Shown: in pieces, positions 52,843 to 62,938 of the stretch
Layout: each line of letters begins with the position of its first letter
Position numbering within the stretch: the first letter of the stretch is position 1
NCBI GenBank assembly: GCA_965222575.1
Contig: OZ244958.1
Coordinates: 1,120,001 to 1,184,000 of the forward strand
DNA: 64,000 nucleotides
Origin: Alphaproteobacteria bacterium
Lineage (GTDB): Bacteria > Pseudomonadota > Alphaproteobacteria > G965222575
Direction of reading: 5' to 3'
Made by a program: the position numbers and the translations under genes
The notes under the pieces: generated by a model
The model's input: only the letters and a program-made list of their open reading frames with translations
Told to the model about the DNA's origin: nothing
The model's database searches: none

Positions 52843-53607
52843 CAGGGCCCCTTAGGCATGATAAACAGTTTCTTAGAAGAAACAAAAAGCCTTAAATCCA
52901 AAATCCGCGCAGAAGACAATAGCTTCCCTTCCGAATCATAGGCTAAAAAGGCCGTCCATGCTTCCTCATACCCAAGCGCAGGAAGCTTAACTACTCACCC
53001 CATCAAAGACCATATCCCATCGCCCACTCTGAACATATACCAACTCCTCAACCTTCCCATATAACCCCACGCGGCGACAAAAAGACAAAACCTCAACAGC
53101 TTCTTTCTCCTTCCCCATACCCCTTAAAATAGGCAACAACACCCCATCCAAAACAAAACGATCTCCACCCATGAAAATCCTCTCCTCCCCCTGAATTTCC
53201 TCCAAAAATAGAATAAACTCCCCCTGCCAATTCATCAAAACACTCTTTTCTTCTTCTGCTCTTTCCATCACCGCCATAGGCTCATGCTCCCTTACCAAAA
53301 CCTCAATAGTCTCCGGAAAAACTTTGCGTAAAACCACACCCCTCACCCATGGAAGACTCTTGATATCCCGCGCCATCTCCTTTAACGATACCCCCAACAT
53401 CCCCTCCCCTACCACCTCAACAGCTGCCTCAAGAGACTCAAGCGATTGACGATTGTTCCCCTTAATCATAACAGTCTTGACCTCAAGACCACTATCCCTC
53501 ACAAAGGCTTGTACGCCTTCTAATAAACCTCCCCTCAATATACTCCACGCAATACCCCCTACTAAGACACAAAAAATAAACAACAAGCCTATCCTTCTCA
53601 CACGCAC
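52842..53607 (-). CDS. ftsQ: Cell division protein FtsQ, frameshifted near 52995
   Basis: POTRA LPWV..FPET; RWD; the other frame continues VVKLP...ILDLRL to a TGA overlapping the ftsA ATG. Confidence 0.8.
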
Positions 53608-54527
53608 TTTTTCCTCCCCTTAGCTAAATCTAACAAACGAAGACAAACATCCTGCTCTGTCAAGGACACAGAGGTGAGAATCGCAGGCACTAAAGATGTA
53701 GAGGTCATACCAGGATGCGTATTCACTTCTAGCAAAAAAAGACCCCTCTCAGGGTGAAGACGCATATCAACACGACTGATATCCTCACACCCCAATAGCC
53801 CATGAGCCGCACGGGCTATAGCATAAGACTGCTCCAAAATACCCCCCTCCACAGAAGGCGGACAGAGATGTTCCACATTCCTATCTTGATACTTAAAACG
53901 ATAATCAAAAACTTCTCCCTTAAAGACACTCTCAACTGCCCCTATCACTTCCTCCTCCAAAATCGCCACCGTCAGTTCTCTCCCTTCTATATACTCCTCC
54001 ACTAAAACCATCTCTCCAAAAGACCACTCCACAGGAATATCCTCTATCCCCTTAAGGTAAAACACCCCAATACTAGAACCTTCAGCAGTAGGTTTTATAA
54101 TCACAGGAAAAGACAACTCTCCTTCCTCAAGTTTTAAGCAAAGATGGTCAAATCTTACCACATACCCCTGCGGAATAGGCAACCCTGCCTCTTGAAAAAG
54201 TAACCTCGAAACTTGCTTGTTCATAGCCATAGAACAAGCTAACTGAGAAGAGTGCGTATAACACACCCCCATGGTATCAAATATTCCCTGTATCACCCCA
54301 TCTTCCCCTATAGTCCCATGCAACGCATTATAAACAATGTCAGTATTCAAAGACTTTATCCGCTCTAAAACTGAAAAATCCTTCATATCCAACGCTATCA
54401 CATCAAATCCTGCTGCTTCCAAAAATCCCTTGACACGTTGTCCAGTTAACAAAGAAATCTCACGCTCCGATGAAACGCCTCCCATCAATACGACAATTCT
54501 CTCCTTTCCTGTTAAGTGCTCAATCAT
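53598..54527 (-). CDS. ddl: D-alanine-D-alanine ligase
   Basis: GG.SSEREIS, LHG..GEDG and EVNTHPGMT motifs. Confidence 0.95.
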   Translation of the reverse strand: MIEHLTGKERIVVLMGGVSSEREISLLTGQRVKGFLEAAGFDVIALDMKDFSVLERIKSLNTDIVYNALHGTIGEDGVIQGIFDTMGVCYTHSSQLACSMAMNKQVSRLLFQEAGLPIPQGYVVRFDHLCLKLEEGELSFPVIIKPTAEGSSIGVFYLKGIEDIPVEWSFGEMVLVEEYIEGRELTVAILEEEVIGAVESVFKGEVFDYRFKYQDRNVEHLCPPSVEGGILEQSYAIARAAHGLLGCEDISRVDMRLHPERGLFLLEVNTHPGMTSTSLVPAILTSVSLTEQDVCLRLLDLAKGRKKCV

Positions 54528-55431
54528 GGGGGGGGGGGGCTCCCTTGATATGAATCTCCCACTGCAATTTAATTCCCTGCGTATCATAAACTCTTTTCCT
54601 AATCATCTCCCCTAAATTCTCTATGTCCGTAGCTGTTCCATGACCAAGATTGATAATAAAATTACAATGATCGCGCGACACCATAGCCCCGCCACAGCAC
54701 AATCCACAACAGCCCGCTTTTTCTATAACCTGCCAAGCCTTCTCCCCTTCAGAAGGATTCTTAAAAGTAGAACCTCCCGTATTCTTAGGCTTCGGCTGAG
54801 TCCTCTGCCTCTCTTTAAGCAACTTCTCCATGAGCCCTACGATTTCTTGCCTCTCACCTTCCATGCCCCGCACCACAACCTCCGTTATAACAACCCCCTC
54901 AGGTATAGCCGTATAACGATACCCAAACCCCACCTCTTCTTTTTCCAACCATATCCCCTCTCCCCCTCTGCTCACACCCCGCGCCCCTACAAAAATATCC
55001 TCCACACACCTCCCATAAGCTCCCGCATTCATAATAACACCACCCCCAATAGTGCCAGGAATAGTCCTCAAAAACTCTAAACCCGATACGCCATGCTCCA
55101 TAGCAAAAAGCGCTAACCGCATATGCGGCGTCCCACTCCCTACCCTTATAGTAACCGTACCCTTTTCCCTCCTCTCTATCTCCGTAAAACAAAATCTTCC
55201 CCTTAAACGAACTACCTTCCCCTCTATCCCCCCTTCCCGTACCAATGTATTCGCCCCAGCCCCAAGAACCGTTACCCCAACTGCGTCACCCCAACCCTTC
55301 AATAACCCTATCAAATCTTCCTCATCTTGCGGAAAATACAAATCTCCAACCCCGCCAACACGAAACCATGTCCAATTCTTCAAAGACTCACCCAAAAGAA
55401 CTTTTCCCCTAAACTTCACAATCTTGACCAC
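54520..55431 (-). CDS. murB: UDP-N-acetylmuramate dehydrogenase
   Basis: IPGTIGG..MNAGAYG, GSTFKNP and HCNF motifs. Confidence 0.95.
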   Translation of the reverse strand: MVKIVKFRGKVLLGESLKNWTWFRVGGVGDLYFPQDEEDLIGLLKGWGDAVGVTVLGAGANTLVREGGIEGKVVRLRGRFCFTEIERREKGTVTIRVGSGTPHMRLALFAMEHGVSGLEFLRTIPGTIGGGVIMNAGAYGRCVEDIFVGARGVSRGGEGIWLEKEEVGFGYRYTAIPEGVVITEVVVRGMEGERQEIVGLMEKLLKERQRTQPKPKNTGGSTFKNPSEGEKAWQVIEKAGCCGLCCGGAMVSRDHCNFIINLGHGTATDIENLGEMIRKRVYDTQGIKLQWEIHIKGAPPPHD

Positions 55432-56830
55432 AGATTCTTGCCCACGAAGTGATATCTCCAGCTCCCATAAAAATAATCATATCCCCTTCCTCTACAACCC
55501 GCACAAGCTGCTCGCGTAACGCCTCATAACAACCGGGCTTCCAAACACAACACTCCGATTGGCGCTCTATAGATGAAGCAATAGACCCCACACTAACCCC
55601 CTCAATAGCCTCCTCACCAGCCCCATAAATAGGCGTCACAAAAACACCAGTTGCCTCCTTGAAAGCACACGCTACTTCTCCCTTGAGTAACGCCATGCGC
55701 GAATACCTATGCGGCTGAAACACAACCCATATCTGACCCCTACCATAAGCGTTCACAACAGAACGCACCGTCAATAACACTTCCTCAACAGACCGCGGGT
55801 GATGCGCATAATCATCAATCACCAGTGCCTTATTCAAAAACCTTCCACAAGGCGTAAAACGCCGCTGCGGTAAAACAAAAGAAAATCCTAAAAGACCTTT
55901 GATATCAACTTTCGCAACATCCGCCGCTACTATCGCACCCAACGCATTCACAACATTATAAGTCCCAAGAGCTTTCGATACAAAAGATAACCAAGGCTGT
56001 CCCTGCTTTTGTACATCAAACTTCACTTCGAAATTCCCTCGATTCCCCTCCATCCTCACATTCATAGCCCGATAGTCCAACCCCTCCTCTAACCCATAAC
56101 TCACAAGACAACAGGCAGGCGAAGATAAAAAAATCTCTCTAATAGCCCTATCATCACAAAACCCCACAACAGTAGCTGAACGAGAAAGACCATGAACATA
56201 ATCATAAAATCTCTCGTAAAGCACCCCTACATCCTTATAAAAATCCATATGGTCATTATCTATACTCGTCAAAACCGTAACAAACGGACGATAAGATAAA
56301 AAACTATTATCAGATTCATCTGCCTCCGCTACACACCACTTCCCCTTCCCCATCCTCAGATTACTATCCCAAGAAGACACAACCCCTCCATTGAAAACCG
56401 TCGGATCCCATCCCGCCGCCTCAAGCAAAGACGCCGTCATAGTCGTCGTAGTCGTCTTCCCATGAGTGCCAGTCACAACAATGCTACAGTAAGGCTTAAG
56501 ACACCAATTCAACAACTCACTTCTATGAAACAAGGGAAGCCCTAACCGCAAAGCTTCTACACGCTCAGGGTGAGAAGGACCGATAGCAGAAGAAAAAATA
56601 ACAGCACCCGCTCCCTTTAGAGTCTCCGCCCCTTGCTCCCCAATACGCACATCAATGCCCATATTGCGCAGCTTCTCAGTCATTTTCCCATGACAACTAT
56701 CACTCCCCTGTACACAAAAATCTTGCACCTTCAAAAAAGCCGCCAACGCACTCATCCCTATCCCCCCTATACCACTAAAGTGAATAGAAACCTCTTTTTT
56801 ATTTCTCAGAATTTTATCTAATAAATGCAT
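55409..56830 (-). CDS. murC: UDP-N-acetylmuramate-L-alanine ligase
   Basis: GIGGIGMS, GTHGKTTTT, EADESD, DDYAHHP and FQPHRYSR motifs. Confidence 0.96.
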   Translation of the reverse strand: MHLLDKILRNKKEVSIHFSGIGGIGMSALAAFLKVQDFCVQGSDSCHGKMTEKLRNMGIDVRIGEQGAETLKGAGAVIFSSAIGPSHPERVEALRLGLPLFHRSELLNWCLKPYCSIVVTGTHGKTTTTTMTASLLEAAGWDPTVFNGGVVSSWDSNLRMGKGKWCVAEADESDNSFLSYRPFVTVLTSIDNDHMDFYKDVGVLYERFYDYVHGLSRSATVVGFCDDRAIREIFLSSPACCLVSYGLEEGLDYRAMNVRMEGNRGNFEVKFDVQKQGQPWLSFVSKALGTYNVVNALGAIVAADVAKVDIKGLLGFSFVLPQRRFTPCGRFLNKALVIDDYAHHPRSVEEVLLTVRSVVNAYGRGQIWVVFQPHRYSRMALLKGEVACAFKEATGVFVTPIYGAGEEAIEGVSVGSIASSIERQSECCVWKPGCYEALREQLVRVVEEGDMIIFMGAGDITSWARICGQDCEV

Positions 56831-56869
56831 ATAAAAAAGATACTTATATCAAATACCTAGTCATTCTAA

Positions 56870-57922
56870 CTACAATTTTCCCAAGACCAATTGCCCCAGA
56901 TTCTCCGTGGCCTGTTCATTCCCCAACTCCTTCATAGCCTTTCCATAAGATTTTCCTATAGACGGGGGTAAAAGCTTCAATAAGGCTGTAACCCAACCAT
57001 CCAGAGATAACTCTTTTTCTTGTAACAAAATCGCTGCCTTTTTTTGTTGAAAAAATTGCCCATTGCGTAACTGGTGGTTATCCAAAGAGCTATGAAGCGG
57101 AACCAAAATAGCAGGAACCCCTAAAAAGGCTATTTCCCAAAGAGTAGAGGCTCCACACCGACTGATAACCAGATCCGCTCTAGACATCTTAAAAGGCAAA
57201 TCCTCCATCCAAGATGATACTTTCGCCTGTATCTTCAAGGTCGAATATATCTCCTCTAACATCTCTACCCCCTCCTTAGTACATTGATGATAAACACAGA
57301 GATTCTTAATCCCTTTAAGGCGCACAGACATGGCTATGGCATGGGGCAAGTGATAAGAAAAAATATTGCTCCCAAGAGTCCCAGAGGTAATCACAATACT
57401 GCTCCCCTCTTGCATCCTTCCCCTCCCTTTAGACAGTAAAACCTTCTCCCCTATAGGCATACCCGTACAGATAACACCTCTTCTTTTACCCTTAGCAGGA
57501 AAAGAAACAGCCATAACACTAGAAAAAGGGCGCAAAACCCTGTTAGCCCTTCCCCAATAAGAATTTTGCTCGTGGAGAAGTAGGGGAATCTTCTGACACC
57601 ACGCTGCAATACCAACAGGTACAGAGGTATAACTCCCAAAACAAACCACCCGTTGAGAAGCCTGTGTCTTCAGTAACCTCCTCGTATATCTTACGGCCTT
57701 CAACAGCAACCACAAGGCTCTTACTATACGCAAAGTCCCCCCTGTCGGACTAGAAACTTGAATGACAAAATAGGGAAAATCCTTGAGAAATTTCTCTCCG
57801 CGCACATCCGTAATAAAACAAACATCACAGTAACGACACGATAACCATTTTCCTAATGCTAAAGCGGGCGAAAGGTGTCCCGCTGTTCCACCAGCTACTA
57901 TCATCACACGCTTCACTTCCAT
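56870..57922 (-). CDS. murG: Lipid II GlcNAc transferase MurG
   Basis: GGTAGH..P, HEQN, RCGAST and HQ..N motifs. Confidence 0.93.
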   Translation of the reverse strand: MEVKRVMIVAGGTAGHLSPALALGKWLSCRYCDVCFITDVRGEKFLKDFPYFVIQVSSPTGGTLRIVRALWLLLKAVRYTRRLLKTQASQRVVCFGSYTSVPVGIAAWCQKIPLLLHEQNSYWGRANRVLRPFSSVMAVSFPAKGKRRGVICTGMPIGEKVLLSKGRGRMQEGSSIVITSGTLGSNIFSYHLPHAIAMSVRLKGIKNLCVYHQCTKEGVEMLEEIYSTLKIQAKVSSWMEDLPFKMSRADLVISRCGASTLWEIAFLGVPAILVPLHSSLDNHQLRNGQFFQQKKAAILLQEKELSLDGWVTALLKLLPPSIGKSYGKAMKELGNEQATENLGQLVLGKL

Positions 57923-59055
57923 GATTTCTCCTCTGACATAAGGGCTTCCATCCTTGAAATCCGCAACAAAGATAATAAAAATCCCATAGCAATACTAGAC
58001 GACAATAAAGAGGAACCTCCATAAGAAATAAAGGGCAATGTCATCCCTGTATTGGGTAAAAGAGCAAGATTAACTGCCATATGAATAAAGGCCTGAAAAA
58101 TAAAGTGACAGAGTAAACCACAGCTAGCTAGTAGTAAAAAAGACTCTCTGGACAATAAAGCCGTTCTCATCCCCCGTAAAAATATCAGTAAAAATATCAA
58201 CATAATTGGTACAACAAGAATCATACCATACTCCTCTGCTATAACAGAAAAAATAAAGTCATTATGAGCCTCTGGAAGACTTTTCCCTAACACCCCACGA
58301 TTCACGCCAACACCTAAGATATGCGCCCTAAAAACCCCTCCTAGAGACTGTATCGTTTGAAAATCCCCCCCCTGAAAAAACCCTAAAACACGAACAGAAA
58401 AATGCGGAAATATAAACCACAATGCCACACCATTTATAGCAACTATCCCTAACAAAACACAAAACCATCTCATATAAACGCCCGATAAAAAAACCTGACA
58501 CCCCCACACAGAACATATCAACACTGCCATGCCAATATCAGGCTGTATCACCGTCAACCCTATCACGCCTACCAACAGTACGCAGGATAACACAAAAGGC
58601 CTATTAAAAGACCCCGTATTAATCCCTTTAGACAGTAACATCGCTGTTTGAATCGCAAAAAAAGGACGAATAATCTCAGAAGGTTGTAAAGACTGCCCCA
58701 ACAGGGATATCCAACGCCGAGAAGCATTGACCTCAATCCCTACAAAATAGGTTAAAAACAACAACAAGAAAAATAACAAAAATCCCAGCAATGCTAAGAC
58801 TTGTAGGCTTCTTTTGTTCACAAAAGATAACCCCAACATCAGACAAAAACCCAAACACAAAAACACAGTTTGCCGAGTCAAAAAATGAAGAAACCAAAGG
58901 TGCTTTCTTTCCGCAGCCAATACCCCCACATTGACCATGGACAGGAAACCAATAGCAAACAGTAACAATAACAGCACAAAAATGACTCTGTCCACACCCC
59001 ACCACCACAAAAGCACGTACTTCTTAACATGCCTAAGAGGTAAAAACTCCATCAT
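57913..59055 (-). CDS. ftsW: SEDS peptidoglycan polymerase FtsW
   Basis: RWI..QPSE, QPD.G, PEAHNDFIF and LPFISYGGSS motifs. Confidence 0.94.
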   Translation of the reverse strand: MMEFLPLRHVKKYVLLWWWGVDRVIFVLLLLLFAIGFLSMVNVGVLAAERKHLWFLHFLTRQTVFLCLGFCLMLGLSFVNKRSLQVLALLGFLLFFLLLFLTYFVGIEVNASRRWISLLGQSLQPSEIIRPFFAIQTAMLLSKGINTGSFNRPFVLSCVLLVGVIGLTVIQPDIGMAVLICSVWGCQVFLSGVYMRWFCVLLGIVAINGVALWFIFPHFSVRVLGFFQGGDFQTIQSLGGVFRAHILGVGVNRGVLGKSLPEAHNDFIFSVIAEEYGMILVVPIMLIFLLIFLRGMRTALLSRESFLLLASCGLLCHFIFQAFIHMAVNLALLPNTGMTLPFISYGGSSLLSSSIAMGFLLSLLRISRMEALMSEEKSWK

Positions 59056-60404
59056 CTTGCGTGCTGCTTCACCAATTGCAAAAACGTCTCCCCTCTCTGC
59101 TCAAAATTATCAAACTGGTCAAAAGAAGCACATCCCGGAGAAAACAAAACAACACTTTTTCCATCTCTATCCTCTCTAGCACGCCTAAAGGCTTGATGAA
59201 CTGCCGCCTCTAACACATAGCACAGATGAACAGGACACTTATCCCGTAAAAGACCTTGCCATTTCCTAGCACAAGAACCCACGAGAAAAATCTCCTTAAT
59301 CTTCCCCAACACAGGTAAAAGAGGCTCTATGCTGTCTTCTCCCTTTTCTTGTCCGCCAGCAATCCAATAAACGGAAGAAAACTGCTCTAACGCAAAGGCC
59401 GCCGCCGTCATATTCGTTGCTTTAGAATCATTATAAAAATCTACGCCCTCATGACATCCAGCCCATTGAATCCGGTGAGGCAACGGAGAAAACCCCTCTA
59501 AAGACAACCCTTCAGGCAAGTCCTCGCCCCCCATCTCCAAAACCTTCACTAGTGCTCCAACAGCTCCAAGAACATTATGAGAGGTACAATGACCAAGGGC
59601 AACCTTCATCACCTTCCTCCTTCCTAAATAAAGATTCTCCCCCCTCAACGCTATGCCACGCTTAGTAAACCTTCCACCAAGAGTTAAAGGAATAACATGC
59701 TCCTGCCCTTTAGAACACATCTCTTCATAAACCAAATGCGTATTAGGACAATCTACACACAAAAGGGCTATATCTTCTTGTCTTTTATTCTTGAACATGT
59801 TTTTCTTAGCAGCAACATACCGCTCAAATGTCCCATGACGATCCTTGTGATCCTGTTGCAGATTTAACAAAACCGATACAGGTGCTCTAAAAGTCTCAAT
59901 TAAATCCAACTGAAAAGAGGAGGTCTCAAGTACATAACAATCCACTTCTTCCTTCTCTAATAAATCTAGACAAGGCGTGCCAGCATTGCCTCCTACTGCG
60001 ACTCTTTTTCCCAACTGCTCTAGCAAAAATTTTAACAAAAACACTGTTGTTGTCTTGCCATTCGTCCCACCCACCGCAACCACAGGCTTACACGGCAAAA
60101 CCCATGAAAAAAGCTCAAAATCCCCAATAACTCTAATACCAGCTTTCTTAGCCTCAGTAACCACAGGATGACAAAACGGGGCATACAAGGGAATGCCGGG
60201 TGCTACAATAAGTGCACGAAATATCGATAAATCTACCGCCTTAGGATGGCACATTCTAATAGAAGGATAACAACCTCCTACCTGTAAACGGCAATTAGGA
60301 TTATCGTCCCATGCAACCAGCTCACAACCCCTTGAAGACAAAAAACGCAAAACAGAACGACCACTTTTCCCCAACCCAAAAATAAAAAACCGACCTTCTA
60401 TCAT
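59052..60404 (-). CDS. murD: UDP-MurNAc-L-Ala-D-glutamate ligase
   Basis: GLGKSG, GTNGKTT, SSFQL, NDSKATN and SPGCASFDQF motifs. Confidence 0.96.
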   Translation of the reverse strand: MIEGRFFIFGLGKSGRSVLRFLSSRGCELVAWDDNPNCRLQVGGCYPSIRMCHPKAVDLSIFRALIVAPGIPLYAPFCHPVVTEAKKAGIRVIGDFELFSWVLPCKPVVAVGGTNGKTTTVFLLKFLLEQLGKRVAVGGNAGTPCLDLLEKEEVDCYVLETSSFQLDLIETFRAPVSVLLNLQQDHKDRHGTFERYVAAKKNMFKNKRQEDIALLCVDCPNTHLVYEEMCSKGQEHVIPLTLGGRFTKRGIALRGENLYLGRRKVMKVALGHCTSHNVLGAVGALVKVLEMGGEDLPEGLSLEGFSPLPHRIQWAGCHEGVDFYNDSKATNMTAAAFALEQFSSVYWIAGGQEKGEDSIEPLLPVLGKIKEIFLVGSCARKWQGLLRDKCPVHLCYVLEAAVHQAFRRAREDRDGKSVVLFSPGCASFDQFDNFEQRGETFLQLVKQHAR

Positions 60405-60411
60405 AATCCTC

Positions 60412-61506
60412 CTAGCGCAATTTCAGCATAGCCAAACCAGCTAAGGCTAACAAAAGCGTAATAATCCAAAGACGAATCACAATGGTTGACTCCTCCCAAC
60501 CTTTCTTTTCTAAGTGATGGTGAAAAGGCGCAATCTGAAAAACACGCCGACCAAAAACCCTAAAGGAAAACATCTGAACCATCACCGACAGCGCCTCAAA
60601 AACAAAAAGACCCCCTATCACTAAAAGAGTAAGCTCATGCTTCGTCATCACTGCTATCCCTCCTATCAAAGCCCCAATAGGCAAACTCCCTGTATCTCCC
60701 ATAAAAATCCTCGCAGGCGGCGCATTATACCACAAAAATCCCAAACAAGACCCAATCATCGCTCCACAAATAACAGATAACTCTCCTACCCCACGAATAA
60801 AAGGCACATGTAAGTAATCGGCAAACACACTGTGACCTACAAAATACGCAATAAATCCAAAACTTCCCGCCACAATCACCGCAGGTACCGTCACTAACCC
60901 ATCCAACCCATCCGTCAAATTCACCCCATTGGCACACCCCACAACCACACACACACTAAAAGGAATGAAAAACCAACCCAAATCTATCTGTAAATCTCTG
61001 AAAAGAGGAAAAAATAAAATCGTATCCACCGAAGAAGGCAAAAATTGCAAAATCCCCCATGACCAAAAAATCGCCACAAGAACTTCCATAAAAAGACGCT
61101 TGCGCGGCGATAAACCCCTGTGACCAGAACCTCGAAAATTCATCCAATCATCTACAAAACCTATAAGACCAAACCCCACTACAAGTGCTAAACTCAACCC
61201 TATAAACCCAACAGAAATATCCGCCCAAATCATCCCCGAAACCACAAGAGACAATAAAATTAAAACACCCCCCATGCTCGGCGTGGTTTGCTTGCGCACA
61301 CCATGATGCTCAAGACCTAAACGCTGCGTGGCAATACGCAAAAATTTCCCTTGCCACCTCTTCATCATCGTAATCGTACAAGGCATGAAAAAAAATACTA
61401 TCAAAAATCCAAAAATAAACGCCATGCCAGAACGAAACGTCAGGTACTTAAAGACATGAAAAAACGGATACTCTCCAAAATAAGGATATAAAAAATAGTA
61501 CAGCAT
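60412..61506 (-). CDS. mraY: Phospho-MurNAc-pentapeptide transferase
   Basis: TPSMGG, NLTDGLDGL, FMGDTGS and APFHHH motifs. Confidence 0.97.
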   Translation of the reverse strand: MLYYFLYPYFGEYPFFHVFKYLTFRSGMAFIFGFLIVFFFMPCTITMMKRWQGKFLRIATQRLGLEHHGVRKQTTPSMGGVLILLSLVVSGMIWADISVGFIGLSLALVVGFGLIGFVDDWMNFRGSGHRGLSPRKRLFMEVLVAIFWSWGILQFLPSSVDTILFFPLFRDLQIDLGWFFIPFSVCVVVGCANGVNLTDGLDGLVTVPAVIVAGSFGFIAYFVGHSVFADYLHVPFIRGVGELSVICGAMIGSCLGFLWYNAPPARIFMGDTGSLPIGALIGGIAVMTKHELTLLVIGGLFVFEALSVMVQMFSFRVFGRRVFQIAPFHHHLEKKGWEESTIVIRLWIITLLLALAGLAMLKLR

Positions 61507-61513
61507 AAACCCG

Positions 61514-62938
61514 CTACTCCTTCTCCCCTATACTCCCCTCATCCCCCCTAAGAAAAGCCACTACCTTATCCATCCTCATGGAACAAGACCCCTTAACTAA
61601 AAAAATGTCTCCCTCCTCAGGAGACGGTAAGTGCGATAGCAAATCCCCCATCTCCTCCGCATACCACCCCCTAAGAGATTCCGGAAGCACCGTAAACAGC
61701 TCCTTCATCATAGACCCTATACAGTAAACTTTACGGACTCTCGCTCCTAAAAGCAAAGGCAAAATCTCCCGGTGACGTAAAGTACTCTCCGACCCCAACT
61801 CTACCATATCTCCTAATACCGCAACAAAACTCCCACCCAGCCTAGCCCCTAAACGACCAGTAGACAAAATCGCCGCCCTCATGGAAGCAGAAGAAGCATT
61901 ATAACTCTCATCTACTATCAAAAATGACTGCTCCTCAAATGAACATCGTAATACCTCTCCCCTCCTCGGTAATAATCGAAAAGACGATAACGCTTTCAAC
62001 CCTCTTCCCTCCTCCAACCCCAACCCCTTGCAAACAGACGCTACCGTAGCAAAAATACATAAAAATCGCTCATCCTCACAAAAAGACGGAAACCCGCCTA
62101 ACCTCCAACGCTTCTCCCCCATCTCTATCTCACACCCTCCCTCACAAGGAGACCACCTCACACCCTTTCTACCCCCCACCGACGCATGAAAATTCAAAAT
62201 ACGCATCCCACTACCATCCCTATCCCCAGATAAAGATTGAAAAACCGCTACCTTCTTCCCCTGTAACCCCTCAAATATCATCGCTTTTTCCTTCACCAAT
62301 GCCCCAAAATCTTCAAAATACCCCAAGTGCGCATCCCCTATATTCGTAATCACAGCAACATCAGGAGAAACTAAACGCGTAAGAGGCAACATCTCCCCCC
62401 TAGCACTAATCCCTATCTCCAACACACCCACACCAGCTAAAGGAGGCATATTCGCCAAACACAGCGGAACCCCCAAATGATTATTATAATTGCCCTCCGA
62501 TTCATACACTCGCGGAAAAAAAACCCTCAACCCTTCAGCAAGCGCATGCTTAACCGTCGTCTTCCCCACACTGCCTGTAATAGCAATCACAGGAGAAAAA
62601 AACCGCTTGCGTCCCCCCTCCCCAAGACACACAAGCGCTTTATAAGGGTCTCTTACCTTTACTACACGCCCACCACGTTCACTCAAAACACCATCAGGCA
62701 CACTAGAAACAAGACACAAACCCGCTCCCTTCTTAAGCGCTGCCTCCACATAGTCCTCTCCACGCGCCCTCTTCCCCCTTAACGCTACGAAAATCCCTCC
62801 CTCTTCAAGCTTTCGCGTGTCTAAACTCACTCGCGATAACCACCCCTCACCCCCTTCCATTTCCCCTTCAATATGAGAAAACAAAAGAGATTTTACCTCT
62901 TCCCGCCTCCAGAGCTTTGACGTTTGTTCTTCAAACAT
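61514..62938 (-). CDS. murF: UDP-MurNAc-tripeptide-D-Ala-D-Ala ligase
   Basis: ITGSVGKTT, NNHLGVP, DESYNA and LGDMVELG motifs. Confidence 0.94.
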   Translation of the reverse strand: MFEEQTSKLWRREEVKSLLFSHIEGEMEGGEGWLSRVSLDTRKLEEGGIFVALRGKRARGEDYVEAALKKGAGLCLVSSVPDGVLSERGGRVVKVRDPYKALVCLGEGGRKRFFSPVIAITGSVGKTTVKHALAEGLRVFFPRVYESEGNYNNHLGVPLCLANMPPLAGVGVLEIGISARGEMLPLTRLVSPDVAVITNIGDAHLGYFEDFGALVKEKAMIFEGLQGKKVAVFQSLSGDRDGSGMRILNFHASVGGRKGVRWSPCEGGCEIEMGEKRWRLGGFPSFCEDERFLCIFATVASVCKGLGLEEGRGLKALSSFRLLPRRGEVLRCSFEEQSFLIVDESYNASSASMRAAILSTGRLGARLGGSFVAVLGDMVELGSESTLRHREILPLLLGARVRKVYCIGSMMKELFTVLPESLRGWYAEEMGDLLSHLPSPEEGDIFLVKGSCSMRMDKVVAFLRGDEGSIGEKE

